A stretch of DNA of 52,601 nucleotides from a phage. The stretch lies in the NCBI GenBank assembly GCA_026686805.1, contig GCA_026686805.1_3949.1; one strand, written 5' to 3'. Each line of letters opens with the position of its first letter. Positions within the stretch are counted from its first letter, which is position 1. Of this stretch, positions 48,419-52,601 are shown piece by piece. A program made the position numbers and the translations under genes. Below the pieces are notes generated by a model, which worked only from the letters and a program-made list of their open reading frames with translations, made no database searches and had not been told where the DNA came from.

Positions 48419-48635
48419 AGTTGTAAGATGTTGTTGTTTGAGAATTTGGACATCTTACAACAACAATATCTCTGCTTATAGCATCACCATTGAGTTTGTA
48501 GATTTTGCAGTCTTGCATCTCTGGAGGGAGGCTGTAAGAAGCATCTTTGTTTTCATAAGATGGGTTGCAGCCAGATAGAAAAATTACTCCAAGTGCAACC
48601 ATTGCTTTCACACAAATCTTAACCTTATTGTTCAC
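48378..48635 (-). CDS. putative lipoprotein
   Basis: signal peptide ending in lipobox-like LSGC (..MVALGVIFLSGCNPS..). Confidence 0.45.
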   Translation of the reverse strand: MNNKVKICVKAMVALGVIFLSGCNPSYENKDASYSLPPEMQDCKIYKLNGDAISRDIVVVRCPNSQTTTSYNYGKNGQSHTTVIE

Positions 48636-48767
48636 GATAGTCTATCTCTCTGTATGTTTTTAAATAGTGAGTGATGAGTTCTGGTAATTCACTACGTTTA
48701 ACGTTTGAACGAAGAAGTGTCCAGTCAAAACCTTTACCAACCCTTCCCCAGAGGCTGTACATTTTCT

Positions 48768-49001
48768 TCATAGCAACTCCAGAATATCAATACGTTCGCC
48801 TTTGAGTACTCCAGTACGGTCTTTTGCAATCTTACCGTCAACGATAAGGATGTGTGTAGACCTTAAAGCGTCGTTGTTAAAGGTTTTTACGAACTTGCTA
48901 GGCATGACTACAATGGACATCTCCTGAATTAACTCTGGAGTGTAGCAGTTATCATGAAGTTGCTGAATAACGTCTGCAAGTGTCATTTTTGATGTCTCCA
49001 A
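48768..49001 (-). CDS. hypothetical protein (77 aa)
   Basis: ORF from track. Confidence 0.4.
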   Translation of the reverse strand: METSKMTLADVIQQLHDNCYTPELIQEMSIVVMPSKFVKTFNNDALRSTHILIVDGKIAKDRTGVLKGERIDILELL

Positions 49002-49198
49002 TATTCAATATCTACAAGTTCTTGTGCAACACTTTTAAGGTTACTTTTAAGGAAAACTTTCTCACCACCAGGCAGGGAAGTGTTATCAATGAGTCTATTC
49101 ATTCTCTCAAACAACTTCTGCTTACGGTTCTTGATAGTTTCCTTTGAAGCACCTTTCATCATTGCTGCATGGGTTCTTCCACGGTGGCTCATAATCAC
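48983..49198 (-). CDS. hypothetical protein (71 aa)
   Basis: ORF from track. Confidence 0.4.
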   Translation of the reverse strand: MIMSHRGRTHAAMMKGASKETIKNRKQKLFERMNRLIDNTSLPGGEKVFLKSNLKSVAQELVDIEYWRHQK

Positions 49199-49243
49199 TC
49201 CTATATAAGATACAGTATAAGGTACTCTTCCATGAGCACCTTG

Positions 49244-49810
49244 TCAACTTAGTTTTGCAAACTCTCCGTGGAGTTTTACAGCAGCTTCACAGTAAGCTTT
49301 ATGGGCTTCTTCAGGTGTGTCATAGTAGCCTAATGACATCTTTTTACCTTTATAGCTTATTTGCGCAAACCACCTACCAGACTTCTTCTTCAGGCTTACA
49401 CCCTTATAGCCTGATTTATTGGTGGATAGTTTGCTTTTATTCCAAGCACTTTGGTAGTCATCTGCTTCTCTTAAGTTTACAATCCTGTTATCAAGGGAGT
49501 CTCCATTAATGTGGTCAATAACACCTTTCGGTAACCTACCATACACGTACAGCCATGCGAGTCTGTGTGCTTTATGTGCTTTCTTGTCAAAATAGATAGT
49601 AATCTGCTTATGACCAGTTGAGTCAATCTGGATGCTCCCCGCTACCTGTCCTGCGTACTTACTATTAAAGACTTTAACAGCCCTTGAGTCACCCTCTCTA
49701 CGAAGCCAAGTAAAGACCCCTGTTTCGGGGTCATAGTGTAGTAGCTCCTTTAAACGTTCTTGTGTAATCATTTTGTCACCATTAATGCACTTCCAACCAC
49801 GATTTACCAA
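49244..49810 (-). CDS. HNH homing endonuclease with C-terminal AP2-type DNA-binding domain
   Basis: HNH core ...KAHRLAWLYVYGRLPKGVIDHINGDSLDNRIVNLREA..; AP2-like ...GYKGVS...GRWFAQISYKGKKMSLGYYDTPEEAHKAY..; track start overlaps the polymerase 3' end, alternative ATG at 49771. Confidence 0.7.
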   Translation of the reverse strand: MVNRGWKCINGDKMITQERLKELLHYDPETGVFTWLRREGDSRAVKVFNSKYAGQVAGSIQIDSTGHKQITIYFDKKAHKAHRLAWLYVYGRLPKGVIDHINGDSLDNRIVNLREADDYQSAWNKSKLSTNKSGYKGVSLKKKSGRWFAQISYKGKKMSLGYYDTPEEAHKAYCEAAVKLHGEFAKLS

Positions 49811-52481
49811 CCTTACCAGTACCAGTTACCAGTGTTTCACTCTTTAGTCCTAAGTTCTTAGAGGCTTGCCCGTAATACCAATCAGTGACAGCCTTCACCT
49901 CTGCCGTCATACTTTCTGGGCATTCCCAACTCGTCTCGTCGTGATAGGAGCACAATAAACGAGCACCTATAGCTGGTTTGCGACCGTTCAACTTCATCAA
50001 ACCTTCGTCAATCATACGACGGCAAGCAAGGTTAATTGCCTCGTTCTGAATCTGACTTTCCGAACCCATGAGCAAATAATTCAACAACTTATGTGGAGAT
50101 TTACACCACAACCAAGCTCCAGCAACCTTTACAAAACCCCCTTTAGAGATTGCAGCAGTCTTACCAAACACCTCTTCAAGTGCCTTTTTAGTTGCTTTGT
50201 AGTCAGCTTCCAAGTCATCTAGCAGCTTCTTAATTTTAGGCAAACGAATAAAGTAAGTCTGTTTAGTCAGTGCACCTTCCTGAGTAGTTGCAGCTTTAAT
50301 CGTCTTAGCAAACTTCTCATCACCTGCACCGAACAGCAGTGCATAGATACCATTCTTAGCTTTTTTACGACCCTTACTAATCTCATGGAGAAGATTCTCA
50401 TCCTGAGTGGCTCGACAAGTCAAGATATCCTGCTCATCATTCAAGCTAAAGTAAATACTGTTCAGTGTGTGTGCATCAGTCCCTGAATAGACAACGTACA
50501 GGTCATTCTCAGAGTCATAGCGGAGGTACTTATCAATCTCTGGGTTGAGGTACTCATCAAAGTGTTTGCAGTAATAGCGTCCATCTTCTTGACGAATAAA
50601 CTCAATCTCTTCTTTACCTTGCGTTACCGCTTTGGTGAAGTCTTTGTCACCCATAAAGTTACAAAGAAGAACTAGCTGGGCTGAGTTCATATCTACAGAG
50701 ACGACGTTAGTACCTTCTTCACAAATCCACACTGCCCTCATTGGTTCCCCATAGACAGCAGCACCAGACGGTACGTTTACAATACCATATTGTGTCATAC
50801 GCCCAGTTGAAGTACCAAATACCATTGCACCAGCACTAAGGCGACCATCTGGACGAATCTGGTTTAACCAACCTTTTTCATCATCCTTTGAGTTCTCAAT
50901 GGTTCTGCGTCGGTGCATCAAAGTATAGTATTTAGCAATCTTCTGTCCAAGCTCACCTTCAATCGTATCATAAGAAGATTCAGTAAGTTTTGGTGAAGTA
51001 CGGATTAAGCAAGGTTCAAGCAAATCCGTGTACTTCTTCACAGACCAGTTATGTTCAATGTACTGGACACCTTCATGTTCAACATAACTCAAGCCACACC
51101 GTTCAACCATCTCCTGCCACTTAGGATGCTTTGTAATCATCTTTTTGTTGTCTTTGAAACGACAAACTTTGACAGGGCGACCATCTGAGTCTTTCTTGTA
51201 GTTCCAGTCATCTGGAATCCAACCAACTGACTTCAAGTAGTCTTTAACAACTGCTACCTGAGTCATACGAGAAACTTCAAACTCAATTGGTGTATATGGT
51301 GCATCAATCAATCCTGTGTAGCGACTTGACTCAAGTTCAAAGTGGTTAACAACATGGCTGTTATAGTACTTCACAGTTTTAACAGTTTTTACTGGCTTCC
51401 AGTCTTTGCATTTCTTACCAATCTTTGCATTCAACTCGTTGCAAATTGCACGAGCATCCTTCATTGCTACAAAACCTTCCTTGTACTCTTCACCAGTTAC
51501 AGAGTTGGTTGGTGTGTAGCAATTTCTCTTTTCAATGTTAAAAATCTTTGTAGTTGGCTTACCAAATGGCTTGATTTCGTATGTCTGCATCTCACCGTTA
51601 CGCACCTGTTGACGATACTTTGTCTTAGGATACTTGGTAATTCTCTTCAGTCCATCTGCATGACCAAATGTTTCAACATACTCATTCCAAGCTTTTGCAA
51701 ACTCTTCTCCAGTGACTTTACCTTTGGTCTTAATAGTTGGAGGAAGGTGTGGTTCAACCTCTGAAGCAAGCTCATTAGTCAACTTGTCAAGTTCCTTTAC
51801 ATGGAACTCCATAAGCTCTTTATCAGCTTTCCAACCATTGATAGCTTGTTGGCTCATCCAGAAAGATGTCTCTTTAGCTCGCATGTAAGTTTCATAAGTG
51901 TCTATACCACACTTCTTAAGCTTGAGATACTCGTTATCAAGTGCCCGTTTAGTTTTGGCGTTAATACGGATATCTTCTACAACACGAGTGAAGATTTCTG
52001 CATTCCACACACCCCAATGTTCAATCTCTGGTTTACGAACACCAACACGAGCACCCCATGCAGCCAAACCATGAGCACCTTTATAACCCTTTGGAGTTGG
52101 TCTATCCATCCACTGAACACGAGACTGGATAAGAGAGTCCTGAAAGAAATTACTCCACGGCTTACATTTTGGATTATCAAAGTTCCATAAATCCGGTGCA
52201 ATGTGATTGAAAACCCACCAGTCATAACCGAGACCATTATGGATACAAAGTCGTTTTGCCTTCAACGCAAACTCAATACCTTCACGTAAACCACCCTTAA
52301 TGTACTTAGTGTACTTGTGGCCGAGGATAGGCTCATCTGTGAAGACCCATACAGGTGGCTCTTCATCGTCAGATTTATAGTCTGCAAAAGCCATTACGTG
52401 AACTTTAGTGAACTCAAGGAGTAAACCATCAGTTTCTGTATCACCAACTAAATGTAAGTTTTTAAAATCTACGTTTTCCAT
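49782..52481 (-). CDS. DNA polymerase, family A (Pol I-like) with 3'-5' exonuclease domain
   Basis: exo motif I LVGDTETDGL near N-terminus; polymerase motifs VSVDMNSAQLVLL (A-like), RKKAKNGIYALLFGAG (B-like), CSYHDETSWE (C-like); start set at ATG 52481 (GAGGGAG RBS) rather than track 52511. Confidence 0.8.
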   Translation of the reverse strand: MENVDFKNLHLVGDTETDGLLLEFTKVHVMAFADYKSDDEEPPVWVFTDEPILGHKYTKYIKGGLREGIEFALKAKRLCIHNGLGYDWWVFNHIAPDLWNFDNPKCKPWSNFFQDSLIQSRVQWMDRPTPKGYKGAHGLAAWGARVGVRKPEIEHWGVWNAEIFTRVVEDIRINAKTKRALDNEYLKLKKCGIDTYETYMRAKETSFWMSQQAINGWKADKELMEFHVKELDKLTNELASEVEPHLPPTIKTKGKVTGEEFAKAWNEYVETFGHADGLKRITKYPKTKYRQQVRNGEMQTYEIKPFGKPTTKIFNIEKRNCYTPTNSVTGEEYKEGFVAMKDARAICNELNAKIGKKCKDWKPVKTVKTVKYYNSHVVNHFELESSRYTGLIDAPYTPIEFEVSRMTQVAVVKDYLKSVGWIPDDWNYKKDSDGRPVKVCRFKDNKKMITKHPKWQEMVERCGLSYVEHEGVQYIEHNWSVKKYTDLLEPCLIRTSPKLTESSYDTIEGELGQKIAKYYTLMHRRRTIENSKDDEKGWLNQIRPDGRLSAGAMVFGTSTGRMTQYGIVNVPSGAAVYGEPMRAVWICEEGTNVVSVDMNSAQLVLLCNFMGDKDFTKAVTQGKEEIEFIRQEDGRYYCKHFDEYLNPEIDKYLRYDSENDLYVVYSGTDAHTLNSIYFSLNDEQDILTCRATQDENLLHEISKGRKKAKNGIYALLFGAGDEKFAKTIKAATTQEGALTKQTYFIRLPKIKKLLDDLEADYKATKKALEEVFGKTAAISKGGFVKVAGAWLWCKSPHKLLNYLLMGSESQIQNEAINLACRRMIDEGLMKLNGRKPAIGARLLCSYHDETSWECPESMTAEVKAVTDWYYGQASKNLGLKSETLVTGTGKVGKSWLEVH

Positions 52482-52540
52482 TTTTACTCCCTCTAAAATC
52501 ATTAACCTCATACATTACTGCAAAAAATTATAAAAAGCAA

Positions 52541-52565
52541 GTTGACAATGTACTTGACAAGGTGT
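52541..52565 (+). promoter_or_regulatory. conserved element gttgacaaWgtacttgacaaggtgt with tandem TTGACA boxes (copy 2)
   Basis: near-identical to 10392-10416; upstream of polymerase start in a divergent region. Confidence 0.35.
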
Positions 52566-52601
52566 TAATCTTTGCGAAGTGGGTTTTTACTTAAAAGGTT
52601 A

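Overview
This 52.6-kb window reads as one contiguous stretch of an AT-rich, virulent tailed-phage genome with a contractile-tail (myovirus-type) structural module. All calls are from manual reading of the sequence and ORF track; no searches or folding programs were run. Layout: (i) 1-1228, three small + strand genes, each preceded by a conserved hairpin plus translation-initiation cassette; (ii) 1229-2923, a 1.7-kb non-coding region packed with short repeats in ~10-12 bp phase; (iii) 2924-10314, a leftward block of small genes including a GH24-type lysozyme and a paralog pair, one fused to two Ig-like domains; (iv) 10543-12411, a GRPKG-motif protein and a vWA/MIDAS-domain protein; (v) 12577-18093, an array of about 27 tRNA genes that appears to cover all 20 amino acids, interrupted by an HNH endonuclease gene, two other ORFs, repeated bipartite spacer elements and a tRNA-like relic; (vi) 18316-42228, the morphogenesis module (large terminase, portal, S49-type prohead protease, capsid, sheath, tube, tape measure, baseplate including a spike with an HxH tip, two tail fibers rich in HxH repeats); (vii) 42265-52481, a leftward nucleotide-metabolism and replication block (thymidylate synthase, DHFR, ATP-dependent DNA ligase, HNH-AP2 endonuclease, family-A DNA polymerase). 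Gene content and the large tRNA array resemble Felix-O1-like myoviruses, but that is inference only. tRNA anticodons were assigned by hand-folding and need tRNAscan-SE/ARAGORN confirmation; several are atypical. No CRISPR array or rRNA was seen.
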